Source: Cirrosporium novae-zelandiae (Eukaryota). Taken from it: a stretch of 64,000 nucleotides of DNA. Numbering within the stretch: position 1 is the stretch's first letter; each line of letters opens with the position of its first letter. Shown one piece after another: positions 49,507 through 63,036 of the stretch. The notes beneath the pieces are model-generated. The model saw only the letters and a program-made list of their open reading frames with translations. It made no database searches and was not told the origin of the DNA. The DNA lies in the NCBI GenBank assembly GCA_026023565.1, contig JAPETS010000051.1, positions 62,001 through 126,000 of the forward strand, written 5' to 3'. The translations under genes were made by a program, and so were the position numbers.

Positions 49507-52500
49507 TTATTGCTTTGGTGAGGTTGGAGAGTATGTTGGGGAGGTTCTAGTTTAGGTTTAGTAAAAAATGAATTACTCTAGGTAGGATATTAAACTCACG
49601 GTGACCATTTGGGTGACGATGCAGAATATGGCACCGAGCTAGGAGAAGTAGGAGATCCACCAAACTTTGGAGAAGTTGGTGAATAACTTCCTGCAGGAGA
49701 TGTAGGGCTGTACATAGGTGACGTGGGGCTGTAGCTTGGAGAAGTAGGACTGTAACTTGGCGATGTCGGCGAAGTTGGAGAATGCTTCTTTGTTCCACCA
49801 GCAAATGAAGGACTTGTCGGACTATAGACTGGCGATGTTGGACTATAGCTTGGTGAAGTCGGGCTATAGCTTGGGGACGTTGGGCTATAACTTGGGGAAG
49901 TTGGGCTATAGCTGGGTGACGTGGGAGAGTACGATGGAGATGTGGGAGAATATGACGGTGAAGTTGGAGATATTCCAGCTTGTCCATATGCCGGAGAGGT
50001 AGGTGAGTAAGTGGGTGAAGTTGGCGTGAACGCTGGACTAGTTGGCGAGAATCGTGGAGATGTCGCAAAGCCAGGACTAGTAATGTTCATACCAGGTGAG
50101 GTTGGCGAGTAACCAGGAGAAGTAGGCGAAAATCCGGGAGAAGTTGGGCTGGTATTGAATGGACTGCTTGGAGAATACCCACCAGGACTCCGAGCGGTGT
50201 AAGGACTAAGTCCACCAGCACCAAATCCAGAAGGACCAGAATACTCGGTAAAGCCACCTGGCGCATCTTGGGCAGCGTTGACGACTGGCGAGAACGATGC
50301 ACCATAGTCTGGGGAACCAGAACCAAGATAAGCCGCATCTTGCATAGGTGTTCCTTCGTATGGCGTAGCAGCTCCATCTTCCATAAGAGAGCTCTTGACA
50401 CCAATATTAGGCATGATACCCAATCTTGCATTGTCTGAGATGACGGTATCTAGCATCTTCTGGTCCAGATAGACCTCCATTTCACCAGTTCCAAGAGGAG
50501 CAAGTTGACCAAGCATAACGTTCTCCGAGACACCACGGCAGTCATCAAGTTCACCGCATGCAGCAGCTTCAAGGAGGATTTCAACGGTTTCCTCAAAGGA
50601 ACATCGCATCAAAGCGCCAGTATCCGCTCTGTTGATACCATGTCGGGTAATTGCCATGAGATGGCCACGCGCAGTCATCACATCCACAAGCAATGCAAGA
50701 TGGCGATGATTGACGTAAGAACCATCGAAAGCCAAGACCTGTGTCAATTCACGTAACAGAGCAGCCCGGGTCGCCTCGATACCAAAGACCTCAAAGATCT
50801 CAATAAAGGAATTGGAGTATGTCCGAGTCGTATCGACGCCAGGAACGGCCAATGTAGCTGCGAGTGAACTACCACTGGTCTCGAGGAACCATTCTCTGTC
50901 ATTTCTGACAAAGGCGCCTTTCTCATCAATACCTAATTTAGGTGTGTCATTAATGAAGGCTCGATCTACACCTGGCACACCACGAAGGGTAAGTCCATCA
51001 AGCATGTGGGTTTCGATCTGTCTAAGCAGGACGTCTTCCTCCTCCTCCGAAAGCTCGTCCTTATCATTCCCAGACTTGTCCGGTATCATACGAATACGGA
51101 TGACCTGCTCATCGGCATTGTTATCGGAGAAAATTATAGCAAGATCTGTGTCGTATTGGCTCTTTAGAACAGCTGCTACATTGTTAACAGTTAATTCCTT
51201 ATCAAGAAGTTTCCGTCGACTCAAAACGATTCTAAGCAGCCATTTAGACTGGTTCTCCGGATCATCAGTATTATCTTCAGGAATGATGAAATATGAATCG
51301 ACCATGTCACGATCAGCTTCAATAACAGTGCTAGTGACATCGGGGTCAAAGTAAATCTCAGTAGTATCTGTGACCGAACGTAAAGTAGTATGCTCAACCA
51401 GAGTACGCAAGGTATGAGCGTTTTCTTTGTTATTCGACGTCCCAGCTTCCTGATAAACCTTCATTGATGGAGTTTTGATGTTTTTAGCGACATTAAGAAT
51501 TTCCTTAAGACGAGGAACACCGAGGGTGACATTCTTGGACGCAATACCAGTAAAGTGAAAAGTGTTCAGAGTCATTTGAGTAGCAGGTTCACCGATAGAT
51601 TGAGCAGCTAAAACACCAACCATTTCGCCGGGATTAACGGCAGCTCGTAGAAAACGATTTTCGATCTCTCCAAGAACGTGTTGGAACGCTAATACGTTCA
51701 AGGAATCTTCCATCACCAGCCGCTTGAAAGCAAGGCGAGAGCGAAGTTGGGCTTTGAACAATAAGGTAGCATTGTATTGGCCTTCCTTTGAAAGAGGATC
51801 ATCACCGCGAATAACCACCAGCCGGTCTAATAGTTGCTGAACAGCTGGAATGACGTTATCAGGACGAAGGTCACTAGGGGTGCCATGTCTGATTCGGAAT
51901 AGATTTTTAGCCATATCAATGATTCGAATGACGTTAATCGGGAGTTGCATCTGTTCGTTATCTTCCCGAACAAACGTCCGGAGCCACTTTCGGTCATTTT
52001 CCAAGGCCTCCCACTCTTCTTCCAGGTAGGATTGGACGGTAGCATCACCCTTGAGTTCACTAGCTTGGACAAGGTACTCAGGCGGGATTCGAGTTTCAGG
52101 TGAGTCTTCCATAAAATCGACTCTGAACCGCTTCTTGAAGATTGCGTGAGAACAATTGATGATATCAACCTTTTGTGATTCAATGCACACGCCATCCAGA
52201 CCATCTTCTCCATAACAAAACTGAACAATGTCTCCAAGAGAGTTTCGTACCGTGCCATCATATTTAACCATGACATCTTCAAGCGCCTTGACAAGTCGTC
52301 GCTGGATATAGCCAGTTTCAGCAGTCTTAACGGCAGTATCGATGAGACCTTCGCGACCAGCCATAGCATGGAAAAAGAATTCTGTTGGTGTCAAGCCACG
52401 AAGATAAGAGTTCTCAACAAAGCCTCTTGATTCTGGAGAGTAATCGTCTTTGCAGAAATGTGGCAATGTACGATACTTGAAGCCGAATGGAATACGTTTT

Positions 52501-55078
52501 CCTTCTACGGCTTGTTGGCCGACGAGAGCAGTCATTTGAGAGATGTTGATTGTAGAACCCTTAGAACCAGACCGAGCCATTTGAATGGCATTGTTCAAAT
52601 CTTTCAAGCTCTTTTCTGTAGCCGAGCCTGCTTGTTCACGAGCATCGTTCAAAGCCTTTTGGACTTTACTCTCAAAGGTCTCACGTACATTCATACCAGG
52701 CATAGGTTCCAGTTTGTTTTCTTGAGCGATAGCCGTGATTTTAGAAACCTCTTCTTTTCGATTATTGACAACCTCTTCAATCTTCTTGATAGTATCGCGA
52801 TCAGGAATGGTATCGCCAATGCCAATGCTGAAACCATTGTGTAACATCCAATAGTTAACCACTTTTTGGCAACCGTTGAAGAAGTTCATGGCCTTGACAG
52901 GACCCCATTCGTTGAAAATGATGTGGATTACACCACCAGAACTAGTTCCGACAATCTTCTTACTTAGAAGACCAAACATAAGCTCGCCGTCGTCAATCCA
53001 GAGGCCTTCATCAGCTGGAGCCGAATAAAGAACTTCTTTTGTTTTATCGTTCATGCTAGGTTTTTCCATCCTAACACCACCAGGTATAACAAGACTGATT
53101 ATCTGCTTTCCGGTCCAGCGAGCTTGAGGTTTGAGAATAGCTGGTTGCGGGACAACTCCGTCCCAATTAGGTACTTGTAGAAGAATGTTCATAACCTGTT
53201 GGTATTTCAATGTCACGTCACGACGGCAAATCTTGTAAATACCACAAAGAGTATCCTGAACAATACCCATAAGAGGATGATTTTTTTGAGGCGATACAAT
53301 GTTCAGAGGGACCATGCATAGCTGATTTACCTCAGCTCGAGTCTCTTCGCTTTGAGGAACGTGCAAATTCATTTCATCACCATCAAAGTCGGCATTGTAG
53401 GGTGAAGTGACGGACAGATTCAACCTAAAAGTCGAGTATGGCATGACTCTTACTCGGTGACCCATCATGGATTCTTTGTGAAGAGATGGCTGTCGGTTGA
53501 AGATGATGAAGTCACCATCGTTAAGATGCCTCTCAACCTTCCAGCCATATTGTAGTGATATTTCCCCAGCTCTCTTGTGATGCCTCAAATCGATACGCTC
53601 GCCGCTATCACGAATCACATACTTTGCACCGGGATGTTCATTCGGACCATTTTTGACAAGCTCGTGAAGCTTCGTGATGTTGTATGGAGTAACGGTTTCC
53701 GGGTATGTTAAAGTCTTCGCAATCGACTTGGGAACACCAACTTCATCGAGTCCAAGATTCGGATCACCGGTAATAACTGTACGAGCGGAGAAGTCGACAC
53801 GCTTGCCCATAAGGTTACCACGAAGACGTCCCTCCTTACCCTTCAGACGGGCTCGAATAGATTTAACAGGTCTACCGGACTTTTGCAAAGCTTGAGGTTG
53901 ACCGGCAATATCATTGTCCATGTAAGTTGCAACGTGGAATTGGAGTAGTTGCTCAAATTCTTGAACGACATGGCCAGGAGAACCATCTTGTTCACATCTT
54001 CGAACATTACCATTTGCACGAATGATATCACCAAGTTTGTATGTCAAGTCATCCTCTCCTCGCATGCCTTGGCCGGTACCGTCGATCGAGATGCTAGGTC
54101 GGACCGGTGGAGGTGGAACAGGTAACACAGTAATTATCATCCACTCTGGTCTGGCATAATCGGTACTCAACCCAATTTTTCTTATGTCTTCGTCTGATAT
54201 GTGTCGGAAGATGTTGAGGGCGACCTGTGGAGTAATATCTTTCTTCTCCTCGCCTTGACCACCACCTTCGTCATCATCACCCTTAGGTGGAGGCCATGTT
54301 CCCGTCAGCCTAAGACCTAATCTTCTCACTGTTGGTTGAGCGTTGCCACAACCCCCATGAGGTATTTTTTTCTTTCCCTCCTTGCCATTAAATTCTTCAT
54401 CGTCTGGAGAGTCGGCTTCACAGGTATTCTTTGGTTTACAAAGGCGCCATATCATATCGAAACGTCGCTTTGGATCTTTATATCTGAGAGCCCTCACAAA
54501 TTCTGGATTGTTCTGAGAAGTAAGGAATGTTAGCTCAGCTTGCGAGAAGAGTTTAGCCATCCCGGAAAGGATGACTGACTTCATCTATTAAGACTTTGCC
54601 ACAGTTATGGCAAACAATCTCCAACAGCTTCTTGATCTTTGTCATGAAGCCTAGGTGTACCATTAGCTTAGCACGGGAAAAATTTGGATAAAGATCCAAA
54701 ATCTAAAGTGAGCTACTAACCAATATGAAAAACGGGTGTAGCAAGCTCGATATGCCCAAAATGTCCAGGACACTCATTCATCGACTCATCACAAGTAGCA
54801 CATTTCATCGATCGATCTATCGAACCAAGGCGAGGATCATTAAGACCCTTCTCACGAGGCTTGAGTTTTTGTTCGTCCTAATCAAAGGATACATGTCAGC
54901 TATCACAGCAATAAAAGGCCTTGTTAGTTATGAGAAAATATTCATATACCATTGTCTCAGGATATTCAATATGCGCCACGCTCATATTCTTAATCTCTTC
55001 AGGAGAAAGAAGTCCAAACTGGACCTCCTGAATTGTGCGCAGTGGCGCGCTTGAGTACTGGAATTGTAGATTCGACAT
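49507..55078 (-). CDS. RPB1: RNA polymerase II largest subunit
   Basis: [23 protein letters not shown], a Zn-binding CSTC..CPGHFGH exon, catalytic [27 protein letters not shown] and the CTD. A final small exon after the intron at 49599 ends ..TYSPTSPKQ* at 49507. Confidence 0.99.
49510..50190 (-). repeat. RPB1 CTD heptad (YSPTSPS) repeats, partly degenerate
   Basis: A central run of consensus heptads flanked by degenerate copies and non-heptad spacers ([13 protein letters not shown]). Confidence 0.97.
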
Positions 55079-55781
55079 CGTTGCGATTTTTTGAGTAGGT
55101 TGTGTGGGTGGCGTGAGTTGAAAGGATAAAGTGAGAGTTGGTTGTTAGAAAACGCGATTAGAAATTTAAGCTGCCACACTAAAACTATGGTGATGGCTGT
55201 TGTGCTAGAGTTGAAGAGAGTGAATGCCACCAAATGGATTCCACTGAGTTATGTTCCCAGTAGTACTCCCTCGACAAAAAAAACCGCCGTCCAGCGGCCA
55301 GAGGCCTACGGGCGAAGCTTGCCCTCAAACACCTCGTAGGTATTCACGTTCCCACCACTATTTTCCCCAAAATTAACGTCGTTGCACGTTGGAATTAGTA
55401 GTATTCGGGTTTGCACAAGGTCTCGCGATGCGTTCTGCGATGACCTTTGAGTTGTCGATGGCGTGAAATAGTTGACGTTGTCAAGTCAAGGAGATCGTTG
55501 AAACTGAAGATTCGCCTCACCAAAAGCCTTTGACTTCTTAGCGCGAAATTTAAGCCGCAGCTCAGCTTACTTAATCTAATTGGCTCGAGCTTAATGAGCA
55601 CCTATGGACTTGACTTTCTGCATTGTTTGCTACACAGTAAATATCGTCTTCACTGTAATTGTAGTTTTCTTGCACCTTTGCAAGTCACAATTCATTCCAA
55701 ATGAGCTAGCTGAGTCCAACGGTCTTTTTATTGCACAACAAATGTAACACCATTTGACAAGCTTTCATCCTCACCTCGGAC

Positions 55782-57421
55782 ATGAATCTCTCTCTCGCTG
55801 ATCCATTTGTACTTGCTCAAGACTATCCTGATGAACTTACTGGCAAACTTCGTGAGTACCGCAATGGATATATTGATAGGCACTAAGTTAATGATGGCTT
55901 CTTTTAGATAGCGGCCATTCAGCATGTCTTCGTTTCAACCGTAAAGGCGATTTCCTTGCCTCTGGAAGAGTACGCTCCCGCAATCTTGTTCCAATGAGAG
56001 CCCCTCCTAACAAGATTTAGCTCGATGGAACAATAGTTATATTCGATATTGAAACCAACGGTGTAGCTCAAAAGCTCAGAGGTCACACGCGCCAAATCCA
56101 GTCCCTAAGGTATATAATATTGAATCCAATGTCTTTTATTTCATTGCTAAGTAAATGTAGTTGGTCCCACGATGGGCGATATCTTCTTAGCTCTTCTCAA
56201 GACTGGAAATGTATTCTCTGGGATCTGAAGGATGGTTCTAGAATTCGAACTGTTCGATTTCAGGCTCCTGTCTATGTTGCGGAGTTGCACCCCTTCAATC
56301 AGTATGTTACACAGAACACACCGCATATAAGATATGCTAATGAGATTCCTAGTCTACTTTTTGTTGCCTCTCTCTTTGAAGACGATCCGGTTTTAGTTGA
56401 TATGTCATTGAAAAAACCCGTGAAGCGAATATTACCTACAATCCCGCGAAGGTCAGACCTTGCAGGCCGAGAGCCGAATCCTAAGCAAGCAGCCCAAGAC
56501 GCGAAACAAGCAACGTGTGTTACTATATTTACTGCTATCGGAAATCACATCATTTCGGGTACCAATAAAGGCTGGATCAATGTTATTGAAACGGAAACTT
56601 GCAAGACTATTCACTCCGAGAAATTTGGCAGTGGCATGATCGTATTCCTTAGACTCTCTCCCTCGGGTCGGGAGATGATTGTTAATAGCACTGACAAGCT
56701 TATTCGTGCAATTCAACTTCCAGATTTTTCTCAGACTGACGGAGATAATGATCAGCTTACACTTAATGTTCAAAACACGTTTCAGGATATTGTCAATAGA
56801 TATTCTTGGAACGACGTCGCTTTTAGTCCTTCAAGCGATTACGTTACTGCGACAACTTATATGGAACACGATGCGTTCATATGGGAGAATAATCAGGGAA
56901 GTTTGGTTAAGATTCTAGAAGGACCGAAGGAAGAGCTTGGTGTCATTGAGTGGCATCCTAGCAAGCCTTGGGTTGCAGCCTGTGGCCTAGAATCGGGTGA
57001 TATTTTTATTTGGTCCGTTATTGCTCCACAGAAGTGGTCGGCACTGGCACCCGATTTCGTCGAGGTCGAAGAAAATGTTGAATATGTTGAACTCGAGGAT
57101 GAGTTTGATATCCAACCGAAAGAAGAAATCCACAAACGTCGGATGGATCAAGAAGATGAAGATATTGACGTTCTAACAATGGATCCTGTCAAGGGAGACG
57201 TGGAACAGAATACCTTCAGGATGCCCATCCTCTTGGATATCGATAATAGTGAAAGCGAAGATGAAGTTATTGCTGTCGGGCCAGGAACCATGAGACGCAA
57301 GAGTCCGGGGGCAGGGAAGGAGTGGATGGATGGCGACGACGACGATGAACAGGAGCGCGTTGCTCAGAAGAAACCTACGAATGGAACTAATCGGTCCCGC
57401 ACAAAGTCGAGGAAACGTTAA
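55782..57421 (+). CDS. SWD1: COMPASS/Set1C WD40 subunit (RBBP5 orthologue)
   Basis: MNLSLADPFVLAQDYP.., LRGHTRQIQSLSWS, SLVKILEGPKEEL and WSALAPDFVEVEENVEYVELEDEFDI. Four short introns. Confidence 0.95.
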
Positions 57422-58487
57422 GAGGTCGAAGGCTTGGCCAGCGATTACAATTCGAGCCTGCTATACCATACAACCATATGGCTTGGACACCTCCCATGGA
57501 TCCCAAATACTGACAGTAAATCCCGTCTCATTGACAAGTCTGTGCCCTTTGCTGATTTCCCCTAAAAAAATGAGGCATTGGATATTGGATGCAGCACAAT
57601 TATGGCCTTCAACATGAGTGTCCTGGATGTGTAACATGTCATGAACTTTGGCCATCTAGGCATAAGCTTGCAGCTCCTGGACTACTGAGAGACACTAAAT
57701 GCAGAATGATTTTCAACATATTAAGTTCAATGCATATACATATCGCCTTTCTGGACTTGACGCACTAGTTGGTTGGGGATTTCCTAGGAATGTCCTAGCA
57801 TAGAGACTATTACAAGGTGTCTTAATCCAGACGATCGCCTATAGGAGACTACGTGTGGAGAGGGACCTGCGTCTCTAAAAAATGGAAGCTTCTGCGGAAG
57901 TGGGAGTGTGCGGATGAAGTAGTTAGTTTTTAGATAGGGCTATCTCAGACTAAAAAAAATATGAGATCTCGTAAGCAGGAGTTTTAGTACGAGCTCAATG
58001 TGGATCTCTTCGTTTTGCCCATCACTTTTTCTCTATCTCCCTTAGGGATAACAGATACCTTGACTAATCTAAAAATTGAAAGAGTATAACTACAATAACA
58101 TTTTTACCATGTAAATTACGTGATGACCTGGGTTGAAACTGATCAAGGATCCTTGTAATGAATACTCAGTCACTCATATTTTTTCTTTTACATAGATATT
58201 TCGCAGGAATAAACCCGTAGAGGAAATACAATAGTCACGTGCCAGCATTCCGAACAAACATTCCACCGATATCGATAAGGGCTTTATATGACTTCCATTA
58301 TTGAGCTCGAAGCTCACAACCACTACTCGCAGTAGGTAGCTAATCCTCTCGATAATCACAAACCGTGTTTGAGACAAAGCTACCTTCGGAAAAGTCATGT
58401 CATATATTTCAACTTGATCTTCATTTTGCACCAAAACCCCTCAGCCCCAGAGCTCCAACCTTTAGACGTCACTCCGACAACTATAAT

Positions 58488-59484
58488 ATGGATCCCCTTA
58501 TCACACGCGCAACTTCCGCCCTCCAACCGTTCCTCCTCCTCGCCCCCTCTGCAAACTCCTCCCAAGCGGCCATCCAGCTGATCACGGGCGCGACATCTGC
58601 ACCTCACACTTATTTCTTCGCGGAGCTTCTCCAAACACCCCAGATCCAAGCACTAAGAAACGGCGATGAAAAATGCAAGGCTCATTTAAAATTACTGGAG
58701 ATATTTTGCTGGGGGACATGGGAGGAGTATAAGTGTACGTTAGACTAACTATGCGAGAAACCAACCCCATAAGGAAATACGACTAACTTATATATATTCT
58801 ACAGCCGCCGACCCACCTCTCCCTCCATTGACCCCCACTCAAACTCTCAAACTACAACACCTCACACTCTTAACCATCTGCACCATGGTTCCCCTCACCC
58901 TCACCTACGAAACCATCCTCAGCTCCCTCCATCTTACCACCCCCTCCTCCCTCCCCCCAATTCTACACTCCGCCATTTCCTCCCACCTTCTCTTCGGTCG
59001 ACTCTCACCCCTCACCCAAACTCTCCACATCACCTCCGTTGCCCCAGTCCGCGATCTCAAACCAGGAAGCATTCCCGAAATGCTAAAAGTGCTCGAATTA
59101 TGGCAAGCCAACTGCAAAGAAGCCAGCTCCCTAATTACAGCCGAAATCCAAAGCATCTGCACCGCAGCCCAATCCCGCAAAGCAGTATCCGAAAAACGGC
59201 AAAAGCTTATCGATAGCTTTGTTGTGATTGAAGAGAACAATAATAATAATAATGGTGCCTTTGCGAATATTGCGAACCCGTCTGGGAAGGGCAAGGGCGC
59301 TGTCAAGAGGGGAAATGACGAAGGCGACGGGATGGGGGAGGGAGATGGGAGTATGGAGTTTGAGGATGGAAACGGGAAGAAGGAGTGGGGGGGTTCTTCG
59401 AAATCAGGATTGAGGAGTGCGAAGAGAGGGGGTGGGAGGGGAGGCGTAGGGTTCACTGGGAGGGGGGATAGATTGGGACCATAA
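58488..59484 (+). CDS. CSN7: COP9 signalosome subunit 7 (PCI domain)
   Basis: ALQPFLLLA, LITGATSAPHTYFFAELL, LLEIFCWGTWEEY, KLQHLTLLT and SVAPVRDL. One intron at ~58735-58804. Confidence 0.85.
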
Positions 59485-60682
59485 GTTGAAGGGAATAATA
59501 CATGGATACGGGCACATGAATCAATGAATGCATGCAAGGCTGAAGAGAAATGAATAGACAGGAAGAAATAAGCATGGGGCACAAATCAGGCATATGCCCT
59601 CAAGGCGTAACAAAAATGAATTGGACACGAAGGAAACAGCTCTTTCACAGAGAACCCCAAAGGTCTCCTTATAGAGAGCACTTAGTTGCTCGATGATCTT
59701 AGATTGACAAAAGGTGAAATAAAATAAAGAAACAATATTTATATATCCTAAAAGCTAATTACACCACATGGCTTTTACGTTTATCTTTAGAATGTTATAT
59801 CCTACGAGGCCTTTATTACCTACTCGTACAGACCCAACAGTGGCTCTATAGATATAGTACAGTTATTACTCCGAAGCCCCCTTCATATGAACCAAGAGAA
59901 AAAGAAAAAAGGAAAGAAAAAAAAACTACAGCACAGACCGCAAAGAACAAGCACATTATCTCACCACAATCACAATCACATTCTCGCCACTACAATTGCC
60001 ATATGACTAACCGCATCCAGTCTCTTCAACACTATTATTAAAGGCAGGAAGGGGTATAAGACGTGTCCTTCTAGCTAATGTGAGCTGTAAACTCACTCAG
60101 ATACAATGATAAAAGTGTTTCCGCCATTAAAAAGTTTGACCAATATCACACGCTCTCCACCACCTTCAACAGCAATATCACCCCTCTCCCATCCTCTCCC
60201 GTCATCTTATAGGAAAACTCGTGACACATCCCCACACATACCTTGCTCTTCTCCACGAGCGCCATCCTTCCTGTAAGATCCACCCCATCTTCGAAACTCC
60301 ACATAACAGAATCGAATAAACTAAAATGCCCGCATGCATTTAAGAAAGCTAAGAGTGAAAAAAAGCGCTTCTCGTAAAAAAAACCGTCATCCTAGAACTA
60401 GAAAAAAGGAGGCCCCTTTGCTGTTGCATCCTACCCAAGCCTCCTTCCTTTTCAATTCCCTTCCAACCGTAGAGCACATTTTTGTTATTTTGCCAACGGG
60501 AAGTTAGTAGTAGCAGTAGTGGGTATCACAGCTCTGACCGATCCGGTCTTTCCTCTTAAAACGTTAACGCCAGCGCCCTAGAATAGAAACGAAGTGCAAA
60601 AGATGTGCAAGAATAAAGGGTTTTCGTAACGTCGTGAAAAGTGTTTATTGATAAGATTTCGTGCCTTGACATCAATTGGGTA

Positions 60683-62042
60683 TTAGAGGTGATTTCCGGG
60701 CACAAAAATGAATATCACACTGAGCACGACAGTGAAGACGAGGAAGAGGACGAGAACCATCATGGCGCGCTTGTTCAAGAGCTGGCGGATATATGGCTCG
60801 CGGATTTTGAGCCAGTGGAAATCTGTGCTCTCGCTGGAACCGAGAAGCGCGAGAATTGGATCAATGTTATATTGGTGACACATGGTAAGGTAAGAGCCGA
60901 CTGCAAATGGGAAAATTACCTGATATCTAGGATTAGTACAAAACTCGAGGGAGAGGGTTGAAAGAATGTGTATAGCTGAGGTAGGAAACTCAGAGTTAAG
61001 AATCTCAACAGGATATGATATTTCAGACAGGGATAACTGAATGATAATATGACTCATCAGGGTAAGGGAAAGGGTAATTAGAGATGAGAAAAAAATGATT
61101 TGATTGGAATTGGAGATTTACCCAGCATCTAATATGTCTTGGTTGATTCAGGAACACAAGAGCGAATCCCGTCCAAAAACCCCCGAAGAGGGATACCAGT
61201 CCGATAATTAATCTGAACATAGCATCCTTTCTAGTCAGATTTCCAAGAGCCTTCGCGCGTAGGAAGGCCGGGAATGCTTCTCTTTCCATTGCTTGAAATG
61301 CCCAGTCTTTCGCCCCATCGAAAACTTGAGGATCATCTCTGCCTTGTTCTTCGATTGCTGTGATAATAGACTCTTGAACTTGGCGTGGGAGGGCTATTTC
61401 TCGCTCAGATCCTGGTAGAACATAGGTATATAGAATCTTCTCAGCACTACGCATGAGATCCTCTCTTGATACCGTATGGCCAGGCGAGCTATTGCTATTG
61501 TGGTTGGATGTCATAAAGCTTGGCCTCGGGGGACGTTCACCGGAAGGTCCCCTAGTATGGGTATGGGCATTGGACTGTTGAGAGCCAGTACTTCCATGAG
61601 GCGAATGACCATTCTCTGACCGAAGGAATGCTGAAACACGTTGATTTTGTGCCTTTTCGTCAATTTGAGAAAGGTTGCCTTCATTGGCTGGGTCTAGGTC
61701 TAGATTGTCAAGGATTGCGGAAGAACGTTTGCTGCCAGCTATAGTAGGATCGGGAGTTTCAATGAGAGTAGATCGATGTAGCTCACGGACATAGTGGCGA
61801 CAGAGGACCAGGTGCTGATTTACGTCGAGCCTGAGATGATGAGCTTCAGCGTCAAAGACCCCCTGAGATATTCCATATACTCACCAGAAGTCTAGAGAGT
61901 CGACATATTTTCCTTCATCTCGCATGTATATGTATAGATTAAACAGATCGACGGGCGGCAGTGTTCTTCTGGTAAGGACTTCATGTAGGGTAGGTAATCG
62001 ATTTCGATTTAGATCGGGGTTTGTGGTATCGGTGGTGTTCAT
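60683..62042 (-). CDS. RAX1: RGS-domain bud-site/polarity protein with C-terminal TM helices
   Basis: NRLPTLHEVLTRRTLPPVDLFNLYIYMRD..LDFW/LDV, SAEKILYTYVLPGSEREI, GRDDPQVFD and QAMEREAFPAFL. Three TM segments, ending FIFVPGNHL*. Confidence 0.9.
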
Positions 62043-63036
62043 GATGACGATGGATTGGAGAGCACTTGGCTCTTACAAAAGAAAATGAGTGATTGAAATT
62101 TGACGAGGACGTTTGGGGTCTATTTTTTTGGTTAAATGAATGTGGTGGTGTTAAAGTCGAAGTGCGACCAAAGTGTGTGAATGCGAAGAAGAAAGTGAGG
62201 TTTCTAATGAATGGCTGGCTGGCTTGGGTAGGTCGGAGGCGCGTAGAACATCGTCTGGCGATTCCGCTGTCCTTGGTGTTACACACGGGGCCTGAACCTG
62301 CAATTGGCCTGGATTAAAGAATTAGAAAGGTGAGATTCGAATTAAATCGAGATTGTTTAAGGTAGAGGTAATTCATGAATTTGTGAAGGTTATGAGAGGG
62401 GGAATAAGACCTCTCCCTCTTGGAGTCTCTAGAGTCTTTAGTGAGCAGATAGAGAGTCGCTTGTTGGTTTCGTCCAACGTTCTGCGACAAAGATGAACCT
62501 GGATAGTAACAACTAAACCAATATGGGAAATTAGCCAAGCACTACTAGTCACTAGTAGTCAGGGACTTTCACAAGACTGTAACTCACCCTTCACATCAGA
62601 AGAGAATATATTTCCGGATGGTGAGAAAAAAGGATGGTCATGGCAAGAAATAAAATATTCCTGTGACGGTGACAGAGAGTAAAGCCAGAGAAAGCCAAAC
62701 TGACTCAGAATGAAACATGGCCTTTGATTCTACTAACCTAAATATTTTGTACAGTACAAGGTAACAAAATGACAAGGTAACAAGGTATTTTATACAGTGG
62801 GCCCGTGACATAGCAATTATCTTTTGGGTAGTCACGGTTGTACACTGTGTATTGGGGTATTGGTGTACCGATGTATTGTAGTGTGGTACCCAAACCCTCA
62901 AGCTACAAGTAATCTTTTTTTTTAATTATTGGTCATGTGATGGCATCAATGCATGAGATACATAACCATGATGTAACAGTTACCTAGATACTCGACAAAA
63001 ATAAAGCCATCCTCTAAAAGCTTGTGGTACAACTAA

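Noticed and set aside
49547..50068. 173-aa H/L/Q-rich repetitive ORF
   Set aside because: It is an alternative-frame read of the RPB1 CTD repeats.
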